Origin: Spirochaetia bacterium
Lineage (GTDB): Bacteria > Spirochaetota > Spirochaetia > SZUA-6 > Bin103
Length of the DNA: 64,000 nt
NCBI GenBank assembly: GCA_965198005.1
Contig: CBDAOI010000003.1
Span: 768,479-832,478 of the forward strand
Direction of reading: 5' to 3'
Shown here: piece after piece, positions 48,707 through 58,877 of the stretch
How the letters are laid out: each line of letters opens with the position of its first letter
How positions within the stretch are numbered: the stretch's first letter is position 1
Notes under the pieces: generated by a model
Told to the model about the DNA's origin: nothing
Database searches by the model: none
What the model saw: only the letters and a program-made list of their open reading frames with translations
Translations under genes and position numbers: made by a program

Positions 48707-50527
48707 ATGAGTAGCGGAATGACCAAAACGTGCCTCGCGGTGCTGTTTGGGGTCGTCCTGACCGCAACCGGCCTGTGGGCCAGCGCGGCCGCCGAAGAGG
48801 AGCCGGCCGCGGCGATGGAGAAGGAGATGGTGATGGACCCGGCCACCGGCAAGCAGGTGACCGCCCCCGAATATGGCGGCACCCTCACCGTCCCCATCCC
48901 CGATGACCCGCCGACGGTCGACACCTACTACGGCACGGGGGGCGTTATCGCCGGCCTCGTGGTGGAGAAGCTCGGCATCGGTGACTGGGGCGTCGATCGC
49001 GACACGTTCGACTTCCGCACCACCTACCTGCCCGACCACGTCATCGTCGGCCGCCTGGCCGAGCGCTGGGAGCAACCCGACCCGACCACCATCATCTTTC
49101 ACATCCGTGAGGGCGTGAACTGGCACGACAAGGCGCCGATGAACGGTCGCGCGCTAACCGCCAAGGACGTGGAATTCAACTTCCACCGCTACGTCGGAAT
49201 CGGTAGCGGCTTCACCGAGGTGCCGGAAGCCGTCGCCCGCTCGTCGACCCTGGACGATCTCGGTATCACTTCGGTAACGGCCCAAGGCAACACCGTCGTC
49301 TTCAAGCTGGCCGAGGTGAACCTTGATGCGCTAAAGAACATTCTGACGGTGAACGTCGCGTTCATCTATCCGCCAGAGGTAATTCGGGCCGGGACCGGCA
49401 TCGACATCGGCGATTGGCAGAACCTGGTAGGCACCGGCCCCTACGAACTTACCGACTGGGTGGAAGGCAGCTCCGTCAACTGGGAGAAGGCTCCTGACTA
49501 CTGGGGCTTCGACGAGAAGTTCCCGCAGAACCGACTGCCCTACATCGATAGCATCAACATGCTGGTGATGCCGGAGTCGCAAACGCGTCTGGCGGCCTTG
49601 CGCTCAGGGAAGCTCGATTTCGTCGGCTTCCAAACCAATGCGCAGGTTACGTCGATCGACCAGCTGGAGAGCCTGCAACGCACCAACCCCGACATCGTGG
49701 GGGAGGGCTACAATTACCGATCTGAGACCTCGCCCGTCATTAATATGAGCAGGCCGCCCTTCGACGATGTCCGCGTACGCCACGCCCTGCAGATGGCACT
49801 CGACGTGGAGGGCGCCGGGGGTACCTATTTCAAGGGTTACGCAGTCACTCAGCCGCAGGGCTGGCTGGGGCGCAACCTGTACCCCTACATGAATCGCTAC
49901 GAGGACTGGCCGGCGGACCTGAAGCGGTTTTATTCGTATGACCCGGCCGGCGCGGAAGAGCTCCTCGACGAGGCAGGCTTGCCGCGTGGCGCGGACGGCA
50001 CCCGTTTCGAGCTCGAGTTGACGGCTCTGCCAACACTTGGGGACGCTGGTTGGAATGAGATCATAGCGGACAGCTGGCGGCAGATCGGCATTGATGTAAC
50101 GCTCACGGTCCAAGAGGGCCCAGTGTTTACTGCGAAGCGCAACGAGTGTGACTTCGACGTTCAGATGCTGATTGGTGGATACGAATGGAATCCAACCGGC
50201 CAGCTCTTGCATCACGTCACCGACGGCGGATTCAACCCGGGCTGCCAGGGATCTGCCGGCAATAGTGACCCGGTCTACGATGCGATGGTCGAACGCGTGC
50301 AGGCGGCGACCAGCTTGGAAGAGCGCCAGGCGCTCTCGAGGGACGCCTCGGATTATCTCAACCGTCAGCACTTTGCGCTCTGGGGCGCGCGGGTGCCCTC
50401 ATTCAACGTGTTCTGGCCGTGGGTGAAGGGCTACAACGGCGAGGCCGACCCCGGCGACGCGGACCGAATCCTGATCTACTCGCGCGTCTGGATCGATCAG
50501 GATCTGAAGCGCGAGATGGGATTCTGA
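48707..50527 (+). CDS. ABC transporter substrate-binding protein, family 5, with signal peptide (locus C).
   Basis: MSSGMTKTCLAVLFGVVLTATGLWASAAA is a signal peptide. The mature protein is collinear with the other SBPs. The long upstream extension of the ORF track (48470) is GC-rich run-on. Confidence 0.8.
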   Translation: MSSGMTKTCLAVLFGVVLTATGLWASAAAEEEPAAAMEKEMVMDPATGKQVTAPEYGGTLTVPIPDDPPTVDTYYGTGGVIAGLVVEKLGIGDWGVDRDTFDFRTTYLPDHVIVGRLAERWEQPDPTTIIFHIREGVNWHDKAPMNGRALTAKDVEFNFHRYVGIGSGFTEVPEAVARSSTLDDLGITSVTAQGNTVVFKLAEVNLDALKNILTVNVAFIYPPEVIRAGTGIDIGDWQNLVGTGPYELTDWVEGSSVNWEKAPDYWGFDEKFPQNRLPYIDSINMLVMPESQTRLAALRSGKLDFVGFQTNAQVTSIDQLESLQRTNPDIVGEGYNYRSETSPVINMSRPPFDDVRVRHALQMALDVEGAGGTYFKGYAVTQPQGWLGRNLYPYMNRYEDWPADLKRFYSYDPAGAEELLDEAGLPRGADGTRFELELTALPTLGDAGWNEIIADSWRQIGIDVTLTVQEGPVFTAKRNECDFDVQMLIGGYEWNPTGQLLHHVTDGGFNPGCQGSAGNSDPVYDAMVERVQAATSLEERQALSRDASDYLNRQHFALWGARVPSFNVFWPWVKGYNGEADPGDADRILIYSRVWIDQDLKREMGF

Positions 50528-50616
50528 GCACGGCGGCAGCGCTCCACGCGGCTGCTGAGTAATGCGAACCGTGGGGTGGCGGGTCGAGTCCGCCATCCCA
50601 TTTTCAACCGGGTGAG

Positions 50617-51579
50617 ATGAGAGCCTATGTGATCCGGCGTCTGCTGCTGACGATTCCGACCCTCATCATCCTGTCGATGCTGGTCTTCCTGTCGGTCCGC
50701 TTTATTCCTGGCGACATCGTCGACGTGATGATGCAGGAGATGATGCTCACAGGCAGCATTCAGGACGTGGATCGCGAAGCGGTCGAGCGCAGGCTGGGGC
50801 TGGACCAGCCGATCTACGTGCAGTATGGGCGCTGGGTGGGCGAGATCCTGCTGCGCGGCAGTCTGGGGCGATCCCTGCTGCACAACTGGGAAGTGGGCGA
50901 GCGGATTCTCGGACGCATGCCGGTGACCTTCGAGCTGGGGTTTCTCGCCATCGTCATCGGCCTGGTTATCGCCATACCGGTGGGCATCTACTCCGCGATC
51001 CGGCAGGACCACGTCGGCGACTACGTGGGCCGTTCTGCCGCCATCATCGGCCTGGCGACGCCCAACTTCTGGCTGGGCGTGATGGTGATGATCTACCCGG
51101 CGATCTGGTGGGGCTGGACGCCCCCGCTCAAGCTGGTCCCCTTCTTCGAGGACCCTATCCGGAATCTGGGGGGCTTCCTCGTCCCCGCACTCATTCTGGG
51201 CACCGCCGGCGCGGCCGCCGTCATGCGGATGACCCGCACCATGATGCTGGAGGTGCTTCGGCAGGACTACATCCGCACCGCTTGGTCGAAAGGAGTGCGC
51301 GAGCGCGTCGTGGTGGTGAGGCACGCCCTCAAGAACGCGCTGATCCCCGTCGTTACGTTGGTTGGTCTGCAGCTGCCGATTCTCGTCGGTGGCGCGGTGA
51401 TTATGGAGAACATCTTCAACCTGCCCGGGCTCGGCCGGCTGATGCTGCTCGCCCTGAAGGATCGTGATTACACGGTGGTGTCGGGAGTGAATCTGCTGTT
51501 CGGCACCGTTGTCCTGTTGAACAACCTGTTCATCGATGTGGTCTACGGCCTATTGGACCCGAGGATCCGGTACCGGTAA
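50617..51579 (+). CDS. DppB-type ABC transporter permease (locus C).
   Basis: MRAYVIRRLLLTIPTLIIL… is 320 aa and collinear with 33174-34175. Confidence 0.85.
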   Translation: MRAYVIRRLLLTIPTLIILSMLVFLSVRFIPGDIVDVMMQEMMLTGSIQDVDREAVERRLGLDQPIYVQYGRWVGEILLRGSLGRSLLHNWEVGERILGRMPVTFELGFLAIVIGLVIAIPVGIYSAIRQDHVGDYVGRSAAIIGLATPNFWLGVMVMIYPAIWWGWTPPLKLVPFFEDPIRNLGGFLVPALILGTAGAAAVMRMTRTMMLEVLRQDYIRTAWSKGVRERVVVVRHALKNALIPVVTLVGLQLPILVGGAVIMENIFNLPGLGRLMLLALKDRDYTVVSGVNLLFGTVVLLNNLFIDVVYGLLDPRIRYR

Positions 51580-52445
51580 TGGGCGGACGGCGCACCGGTG
51601 TTGCCGATTTCGTACGCAGGCTGGTCAAGACCAAACCGCTGGGAGCCGCGAGTGCCGCCGTCATCGTGATCCTGATCGTGGTGGCCATCTTCTCCGACCT
51701 CATCGCCCCCTACCCGCACACCGAGCTCCACATCATCGATAGACTACAGGGCGCTTCGGCCAAGTACCTGCTGGGCACCGACCAGGTGGGGCGGGATCTG
51801 TTGAGCCGCCTCATCAACGGCGCTCGCATCTCACTGTTGGTCGGCTTCGCTGCCACCTCGCTCAACATCGTGGTGGCCATGGTCGTGGGGGGCACGTCGG
51901 GTTTCCTCGGCGGCAAGTTCGACCTGACAGTACAGCGGTTCGTGGACGCATGGATGGCGTTTCCCTCCCTGCTGTTGCTGCTCACGATCATGTCGCTGCT
52001 GGGGCCCGGCGTGCTGCAGATCATCCTGGTGCTCGGCGTGTCGGGCGGCATCGGCGGCTCGCGCGTGCCGCGCGGCGCGGTCGTCGCCATCAAGGAGAAC
52101 GACTACTTCCAGGCGGCGCAGGCGATTGGCACGCCGGTGTGGAAGACGCTGTTGCGTCATGTCCTGCCCAACGTCACCGCGCCAATGCTCATCGTCTTCT
52201 CGGTAAGCATCGGCGGCAACATCCTGGCGGCCGCGTCGTTGGGTTTCCTCGGCTACGGCCTCCCACCCAGCACCCCGGACTGGGGCAGCATGCTCAGCCG
52301 GGAGGGGCTGCAGTACATGGAGTCGGCGCCGTGGCTGGCGCTGTGGCCGGGGCTGTGCCTGACGCTCGTCGTCTACTGCCTCAACATGTTCGGCGACGCC
52401 CTGCGCGACCTGCTCGACCCTCGGCTCCGCGTCGGCGGCCGCTAG
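51579..52445 (+). CDS. DppC-type ABC transporter permease (locus C).
   Basis: Its start overlaps the permease stop. …GTDQVGRDLLSRLINGARISLLVG… is collinear with 3197-4099. Confidence 0.85.
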   Translation: MGGRRTGVADFVRRLVKTKPLGAASAAVIVILIVVAIFSDLIAPYPHTELHIIDRLQGASAKYLLGTDQVGRDLLSRLINGARISLLVGFAATSLNIVVAMVVGGTSGFLGGKFDLTVQRFVDAWMAFPSLLLLLTIMSLLGPGVLQIILVLGVSGGIGGSRVPRGAVVAIKENDYFQAAQAIGTPVWKTLLRHVLPNVTAPMLIVFSVSIGGNILAAASLGFLGYGLPPSTPDWGSMLSREGLQYMESAPWLALWPGLCLTLVVYCLNMFGDALRDLLDPRLRVGGR

Positions 52446-52450
52446 CTCGG

Positions 52451-53316
52451 ATGCTCGGAGCGCGCCGCCGCCGTCGGGCCGGTGCCGGTGCGCTGGTCGC
52501 CGCGTGCTGCGCGCTGCTGGTGCCGGTGCCACTGGTCGCCCAGGTCGGCATGTCGGCGACCGCCTTCACCGTTTCTGACACCTGCAGTGGACGCTTCGTC
52601 CGCCACCCCCTGCTCCACACGACGGCTGCGGCGGACAGCCCGGCTCGCTTCTTCGACAGCAACGGTGCCGGCGTGGCGCTTGCCGACCTCGACGACGACG
52701 GTCGCATCGACATCGCCCTGGCCGGCTTGCGCGCCCCGGCGACGCTGCTCTGGAACCGGGGTGGGCTCGCCTTCAAGCGCACCGTGCTAGTAGAGGAGAC
52801 GGACACCCGTGCCGTCGCTGTGGTCGATGTCGACGGCGACGATGCCGTTGACCTGGTGTTCACCCGCGCGCGAATGCCGCTCCATCCTGGTGGCGCGGCG
52901 CTGGCGCCCGCCGCTTCGCCCGCGACGACGAGCAAGCGTTCGCCGGACCCTTTCCCATCTACGCCATGGACTGGGCCGACCTGGACGGCGACCAAGACAA
53001 CCTCGCCGCTGCCGCCGTGCTGTTCGAGAATCAGCTGTGCAGCGAGGGCACGGCGGTTGAGATCGACCTGCACTGGTCGGGCTCGGCCAACACCCGTGCG
53101 CTCGGGGCGCGCGTCAAACTGGCAACGAGTGCCGGCCGCTACGCGCGGACGGTGCGCGCCAGTAGCGGCTACCTGTCCAGTAACCCAGCCCGCGTGCACG
53201 TTGGCTTGCCGCCGGCTGCTGCGGCGCTTGCACTCACGGTCCGCTGGCCGGACGGTGTCACGAGCCACCTCGGGGATGTTGCAGCGGGCCGGCTCATAAA
53301 GGTAACCCGACGTTAG
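52451..53316 (+). pseudogene. CRTAC1/ASPIC-UnbV-like protein: signal peptide, FG-GAP-like repeats and a UnbV_ASPIC C-terminus. It is frameshifted and shortened.
   Basis: Frame 1: MLGARRRRRAGAGALVAACCALLVPVPLVAQ…ADLDDDGRIDIALAG…VVDVDGDDAVDLVF. A second frame from ~52900: …AMDWADLDGDQDNL…ASSGYLSSNPARVHVGLPPAA…VRWPDGVTSH…. The two segments are in different frames. Total length is about half that of typical family members. Confidence 0.55.
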
Positions 53317-53430
53317 TACATGCCGCGACCGGTCGCCTCGGTCACCCGGGGGCAGGCGCAGGTGGTGTCGTAGGGTGGGGGCTGTGCGGGCGAGCGCGCT
53401 TTGTCAGCAAGGAGCGAGCTCTTCGGTAGT

Positions 53431-53733
53431 TCAGCGTTGGTGGTACGACGCTTGCCGACTACGTAGGTCCGTGACGATAACCACGGTCTCCCGCTCATCG
53501 ATCATATAGAACAACCGGTACCCGCCCAATCGGTATCGATAGAAGTCGCTGAACTCGCCTTTCAGTCGCTTGATATTCGGCCCGAAGTGGGGCTCCCGGC
53601 GGAGAAGCGGATACACCACCTCCTCGAGCCGCGGGTGCAGCGCAGCAAGGGCTTTGTTCTTATGCAGTGATTTGCGAAACGACTCGGTTTCCGCGACGAC
53701 GCAGCTAGTCGACAACCTGGTATTTGTTGCCAC
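53431..53733 (-). CDS. RelE/ParE-family type II toxin.
   Basis: …FSDFYRYRLGGYRLFYMIDERETVVIVTDLRSRQ is a RelE-fold signature. It overlaps the upstream antitoxin stop. Confidence 0.7.
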   Translation of the reverse strand: MATNTRLSTSCVVAETESFRKSLHKNKALAALHPRLEEVVYPLLRREPHFGPNIKRLKGEFSDFYRYRLGGYRLFYMIDERETVVIVTDLRSRQASYHQR

Positions 53734-53947
53734 TCACTTCGGAGCGCGCACGCTTTAGGGAGGAGACGAGCTCCGCGTCTGAGAGGATCTCCGCCATCTC
53801 CTCATCAGAAACAGAAGCCTCTTCTGTGAGATACGAGATGGTGGCGTATTCGATGAAGTTGGCGATGCTGCGCATCTGCCCCTGGGCGGCGTGGCGAATC
53901 AATTGATAGGTATCTTCATCGAGACGAATCGTTACGGTTTTTGACAT
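53705..53947 (-). CDS. Ribbon-helix-helix (CopG/ParD-like) antitoxin.
   Basis: MSKTVTIRLDEDTYQLIRHAAQGQ… is 80 aa and lies immediately upstream of the toxin, overlapping it. Confidence 0.65.
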   Translation of the reverse strand: MSKTVTIRLDEDTYQLIRHAAQGQMRSIANFIEYATISYLTEEASVSDEEMAEILSDAELVSSLKRARSEVSGNKYQVVD

Positions 53948-54214
53948 GGACGTCTGCCTTCTAATGTATTCGTTTGCATTCACATCGTCAACACACTCTC
54001 TTTCGCGGGCTCCGACTACCTCGTTTACGTCAGTGCGGAAACCGTCGACATCCTCATGCCGAAGCGCTGCTGGCCGTCGCTGCCGCCGCATACCAGGGTG
54101 GCATCGCTCGCCGGTATGTCGGCCTGCTTACACTCTACGCTCGAGCGCTTGGCTCATCTGGTCTGGTCGGATCTGGACTCGGCAGCGCAGACATGGTGTG
54201 GTACAGTGCCATCC

Positions 54215-54600
54215 GCCATGGTCGTGAACACCGTTACCGAGGCGAAGGCGCGGCTATCTGAGCTCATCGCGCGCGTACAGGCTGGCGAGGAAGTGGTCAT
54301 CAACAAGGCGGGCAAGCCCGCTGCAGGCTTGACTGGGGAGCATGAACTGACCCCGAGGCGACGATCGGCAACGCCGGCGCCTTCACCGAAGCGTTCGTCG
54401 GGCAAGAGCTGCTGGCGTACGGCCGACCTCGGGCCAGACCCGAGCTGTTCTACTGGCATCGCGAGGCGCGCTCGAGCAACGCCGAGGTGGACTATCTGCT
54501 GGCGGGCGACGAGGGGGTGGTGCCTGTGGAAATGAAGAGCGGCACCACCGGACGGTTGCGTTCCCTGCAGCTGTCTGTCGACGCTCTCGCCCACGGCAAC
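54215..54600 (+). pseudogene. Gene relics: the N-terminal ~37 aa of a Phd/YefM antitoxin abutting a C-terminal fragment of a DUF4143-containing AAA ATPase in another frame.
   Basis: Phd/YefM-like: MVVNTVTEAKARLSELIARVQAGEEVVINKAGKPAA. DUF4143-type C-terminus: …FVGQELLAYGRPRARPELFYWHREARSSNAEVDYLLAGDEGVVPVEMKSGTTGRLRSL…. Confidence 0.5.
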
Positions 54601-54850
54601 GTTCCATTTGACTATACGGGGTCTCTTCGGCGGCAATCAATCGCCAGCCCGCCCAGCCCGCCGGCGTCGGCAACCTCGACGGGCCTCTCAGCCGGCTGGG
54701 TAACGGCGCGAGCACGCCGTCTGGTCCAGCCCAGCCAGCGCCCGTGCCCCAGCTAGGTGGGGCGCACGTTGGGCGGGGCCGCCAAAAGAGTTTTGCGGTG
54801 AGGGGGTGGCTGTTCTTGGCCGCATACCGTACGCTGCCGTCGAAGAGATG

Positions 54851-55867
54851 AGTGACAGCAACAGCCAGATTATCCTGCGGCGAACGTCGAGCGGCATGCC
54901 GGTCCCGGAGGACTTCGAATTGGTGGAGTCGCCGATTCCGCAACCGGGTGACGGCGAGGTCCTGGTACGCACCATTTACGTCTCCCTGGACCCCTATATG
55001 CGGGGCTCCATGAGCAAAACCGAGACCGTCGGCCAGGTGCTGGTTGGCGGCGTGGTCGGCGAAGTGGTCGAGTCGCGCCACCCGGACTTCCACGCCGGCC
55101 AATTCGTGTGCCAGTACGTCGGCGGCTACGGCTGGCAGAGCTACGGCGCGGTTCCGGGGGCTGAGCTGCGGGTGCTGGATCCCGGTTTGGTGCCGATATC
55201 CACGGCGCTGGGCGTAGTCGGCATGCCGGGGGTAACTGCCTATTTCGGACTGTTGGCAGTGGGGCAGCCGGTCGCCGGCGAGACGGTTGTGGTTTCGGCG
55301 GCAGCTGGTGCGGTCGGCGCGGTGGTCGGACAGATCGCCAAGATCAAGAACTGTCGCGCGGTGGGCATCGCCGGCAGCGACGAGAAATGCAACTACGTCG
55401 TCGAGGAGCTTGGCTTCGACGCCGCCGTCAACTACCGGGCGGGCGACCTGGACGGGGCGCTGGCCAGCGCCTGCCCCAACGGCGTTGATGTGTATTTCGA
55501 CAACGTCGGTGGGCCCGTCCTCGACGCGGTGCTGGCGCAGATCAACCGCGGCGCGCGCATTCCGCTGTGCGGTTCTATCGCCGAGTACAACGACCCGCTC
55601 GGATCGCTGCAGGGCACCCGCATCAACCGTTACGTGCAGGGGAGCCTGGCCCATATGGTGGGGATGAACCAGGGACAGTACCAGGATCGCCACGAGGAGG
55701 CACTGGCCCTGCTGGCTTGGTGGGTGCGTGGCGGCAGAATCGCCTACCGGGAAGACATCGTCGCCGGGCTGGAGAAGGCGCCCGAGGCATTCATCGGCAT
55801 GATGCAGGGCAAGAACTTCGGCAAGCTGCTGGTGCGAGTCAGCCCCGATCCGACCCGCGACGCCTAG
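54851..55867 (+). CDS. NADP-dependent oxidoreductase, MDR superfamily (PTGR/YncB-like).
   Basis: MSDSNSQIILRRTSSGMPVPEDFELVESPIPQPGDGEVLVRTIYVSLDPYMRG… with an AAGAVGAVVGQIAK Rossmann motif. Confidence 0.8.
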   Translation, partial: SDSNSQIILRRTSSGMPVPEDFELVESPIPQPGDGEVLVRTIYVSLDPYMRGSMSKTETVGQVLVGGVVGEVVESRHPDFHAGQFVCQYVGGYGWQSYGAVPGAELRVLDPGLVPISTALGVVGMPGVTAYFGLLAVGQPVAGETVVVSAAAGAVGAVVGQIAKIKNCRAVGIAGSDEKCNYVVEELGFDAAVNYRAGDLDGALASACPNGVDVYFDNVGGPVLDAVLAQINRGARIPLCGSIAEYNDPLGSLQGTRINRYVQGSLAHMVGMNQGQYQDRHEEALALLAWWVRGGRIAYREDIVAGLEKAPEAFIGMMQGKNFGKLLVRVSPDPTRDA

Positions 55868-56514
55868 GCGCGCAGGGGCGCGGCGCGCGGCGCCGTCGCG
55901 ACCAACATCGCCCGGTCGGGGCGCAACCGGCCGGAGGCGCGCAAAGATCAGCAATCGGCCGAGCGCCAGGCGCTGCTGGCCGCGCAGAGCATGTCGTTCT
56001 CAGGGGATGTTTCGCTTCTCGAGGATCCGTTCCGCGCGGTCGCTTGATACTTCGAGTAGGTATTCCTACATTGCCGGCGCGCGGCCGTGGCCGGTTGCCA
56101 AGAGGGGAGAGCGTAGACACCTACCTGGCGCGCATTCGCGGGTGACCACCGCCGTCGATACGTCGGTCATCTTGATCACCGACGACGTGCTGCATGCCGC
56201 CGCTTCCGTCGAGGCACTGCGGCGCGAAGGGCGCATCATCGCCTGCGAGTGCGTCATCGCCGAGGTGAGGCCCGCTCTCGCCACCGATGCCGAGCTTCAG
56301 GAGATGCTGCAGGCGCTGGCCATCGAGTTTGTGCCGGGATCCCAGGCATCAGCGGTACTCGCCGGCGGACACTTCGCCCGCTATCTCGAGCGGGGCGGCG
56401 CCGCCGGGCGCGTGCTGCCCGACGACCCGTTCCACCGCCACGTGATCATCGCTGGCGCGCCGGGTATACTGTGCGAGCGATACGCAAGACCTGCAACACC
56501 GGGAGGATTCCGCA

Positions 56515-57527
56515 TGGCTGACATGAATCGCGCCTGGACCATGGCCGCCTACCCGCACGGCGAGCCCAAGCTGTCCGACTTCGCGCTGACCGAAACCCCG
56601 ATCCCCACGCCGGGGCCGCGTGAGGTGTTGATCGCCACCCACTACCACTCGCTCGATCCCTACATGCGCGGGCGGATGAACCGGCCCAATCCGGCCGCCT
56701 ACGCCGCTCCGGTGGGAATCGGCGGCGTGATGGAGGCGGACGCGGTGGGGGAGGTGATCGCCTCCAATTCCGAGGGGTTCGCGGTCGGCGACTTCGCCAT
56801 GGGCAAGATCGGGTGGCAGGAGTACGGGGTGATGAACGAGCGCGACGTGCGCAAGGTCGACCCCGAGGCGGCGCCGATCTCGACCTCGGTGGGGGTGCTG
56901 GGCATGCCGGGATTGACCGCGTACTTCGGGTTCTTCGAGGTCGGCAAGCCGGTGGCCGGCGACACGGTGGTGGTGACCGCGGCCTCGGGGGCGGTCGGCG
57001 CCGTGGTGGGCCAGCTCGGCAAGATCAACGGCTGCCGCGTCATCGGCGTGGCGGGAAGCGCGGAGAAAGTGGCGTACGTGGAGCACGAGCTGGGCTTCGA
57101 CGCCTGCATCAACTACAAGACCGATGACGTGCCGGCGCGGCTGGACGAGCTGTGCCCCAACGGCATCGACGTGTACTGGGACAACGTGGGCGGACCGGTG
57201 ACGGACGCCGCGATCGATCGGATCGCGCTGTTCGGGCGGGCGGTGATCTGCGGTCAGATCGCGTTCTACAATGCCACCTCACCGCCGCAGGGGCCGCGCA
57301 ACATCCCGCGCATGCTGCTGACGCGCCGCGCCCGCATGGAAGGGTTTCTCGTGTTCCAGTTCCAGGACCGCTACCAGGAGGGGCTGGCCCGGCTCGCGGC
57401 CTGGATCAACGACGGCTCGTTGCAGTACCGGGAGGACGTGGTCGAGGGAATCGAGCATTCCCCCGAGGCGTTCATCGGACTGCTGCGCGGCCGTAACTAC
57501 GGCAAGCTGGTGGTGCGCGTCCGGTAG
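56515..57527 (+). CDS. NADP-dependent oxidoreductase, MDR superfamily. It is a paralogue of 54851-55867.
   Basis: MADMNRAWTMAAYPHGEPKLSDFALTETPIPTPGPREVLIATHYHSLDPYMRG… The open frame upstream of the ATG (56007-56514) does not belong to this protein. Confidence 0.8.
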
Positions 57528-57531
57528 CGCG

Positions 57532-58638
57532 CTAGTCGAAGGTCAGCACGCCCCGTTTGTGGCCGCCGGCGAGCAGGTCGGCGTAGGCCTCGTTGATCCG
57601 ACTCAGCGGGTAAGTGGCGGAGACCAATTCGTCCAGCAGCAACCGGCCCGACCGGTAGAAGTCCAGCAGGCGCGGGAACTCGACGTGCGGGTTGCAGGTG
57701 CCGAAGAACGAACCGAGTATCCGCTTCGCGTTGACGTGCAGGTCCAGGGCGGAATAGCAGGTCGTGGAGCCGCCCGGCGCCACGCCGACCACCACCTCGG
57801 TACCGCCGCGGCGGGTGGCCCGGTAGGCAGTCTCCTGCAACGCGGGTATGCCCACCGCCTCGAACGCAAAGTCGGCGCCGCGGCCGCCGGTCAGGTCGCG
57901 GACCTGCTCCAGAACGTCCGCTTCCTCGCCGCTGCCCGCGATCCAATGGGTCGCCCCGAACTGGTACGCGATCGGTTCCTTGGCCGGGTCGGTGTCGACC
58001 GCGATGATCGGTCCGGCGGCGCTGAGCCGCGCCCCCTGGAGAATGTTCAGTCCCACGCCGCCGCAGCCGAATACGACCACGCTCTCGCCGGGACGGATGT
58101 CGACCGTGTTGAGCGCGGCGCCGACGCCGGTGGTTACGGCGCATCCGACCAGCGCCGCCACCGTGAACGGGACGTCGTCGTCAATCGGGACGCAGCTCTC
58201 CGCCGGGGCAATCGTCTCCTCGGCGAAGGTCGACAGCACGCTGAACTGGCGCACCACCTCGCCGTTCAGCCGCAGCCGGGTGGAGCCGTCGGGCATGGTG
58301 CCGTTGTGCCAGTCCCAGTTGGTCTCGCACAGGCCGGACTGGCCGCGCAGGCAGTAGAAGCAGTTGCCGCAGGACGGCGCCCAGTTGAGGATTACGCGCT
58401 GGCCCGGGCGCAGATTGGCAACCGCCGAGCCCACTTCCTCGACCACGCCCGCACCCTCGTGCCCCAGCACCAGCGGCAGCGGGCGGCGCAACTTGCCGGT
58501 GACGAAGTGCCAATCGCTGTGGCAGGTGCCGGCGGCGGCCAGCCGCACCCGCACCTCGTGCGGCTCCGGCGGCAGCAACTCCACCTCTTCGACTACGAAC
58601 GGCCCACCAATCTGGTGCAGCACGGCTGCTTTCATGTA
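57532..58638 (-). CDS. Zinc-dependent alcohol dehydrogenase (class III / formaldehyde-dehydrogenase-like).
   Basis: MKAAVLHQIGGPFVVEEVELLPPEPHEVRVRLAAAGTCHSDWH…GHEGAGVVEEVG carries catalytic and structural Zn ligands, with CGNCFYC. Confidence 0.8.
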   Translation of the reverse strand, partial: YMKAAVLHQIGGPFVVEEVELLPPEPHEVRVRLAAAGTCHSDWHFVTGKLRRPLPLVLGHEGAGVVEEVGSAVANLRPGQRVILNWAPSCGNCFYCLRGQSGLCETNWDWHNGTMPDGSTRLRLNGEVVRQFSVLSTFAEETIAPAESCVPIDDDVPFTVAALVGCAVTTGVGAALNTVDIRPGESVVVFGCGGVGLNILQGARLSAAGPIIAVDTDPAKEPIAYQFGATHWIAGSGEEADVLEQVRDLTGGRGADFAFEAVGIPALQETAYRATRRGGTEVVVGVAPGGSTTCYSALDLHVNAKRILGSFFGTCNPHVEFPRLLDFYRSGRLLLDELVSATYPLSRINEAYADLLAGGHKRGVLTFD

Positions 58639-58877
58639 CGTCCCTCCCAAGCCGGACAAACCGGCGATTCGGTGAGCGTCACCCTACGACGTTCCGCAAC
58701 AAGAGTCCAGCCCCCGCGCCGTAGCGCCGTAGCGGTGGCTGCGGGCCGAGCTGCTCGACGATAAGCGGGAGTCTGTCGGACTGCTTGATGAGTGGGTCCG
58801 GCGTAACAATGAAGTCAGTCAATTGCCTCTCGCGTGTCGGAAGCGATAGAGTCAGTGCTCAGGCTACGGTAGTGAGC

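Noticed and set aside
56007-56514. In-frame upstream extension of the second NADP oxidoreductase, with a faint PIN/VapC-like N-terminus (…AVDTSVILI…)
   Set aside because: The resemblance is limited to one short motif. No acidic PIN residues could be placed. The oxidoreductase has a clear ATG start at 56515 and the extension is probably GC-rich run-on.
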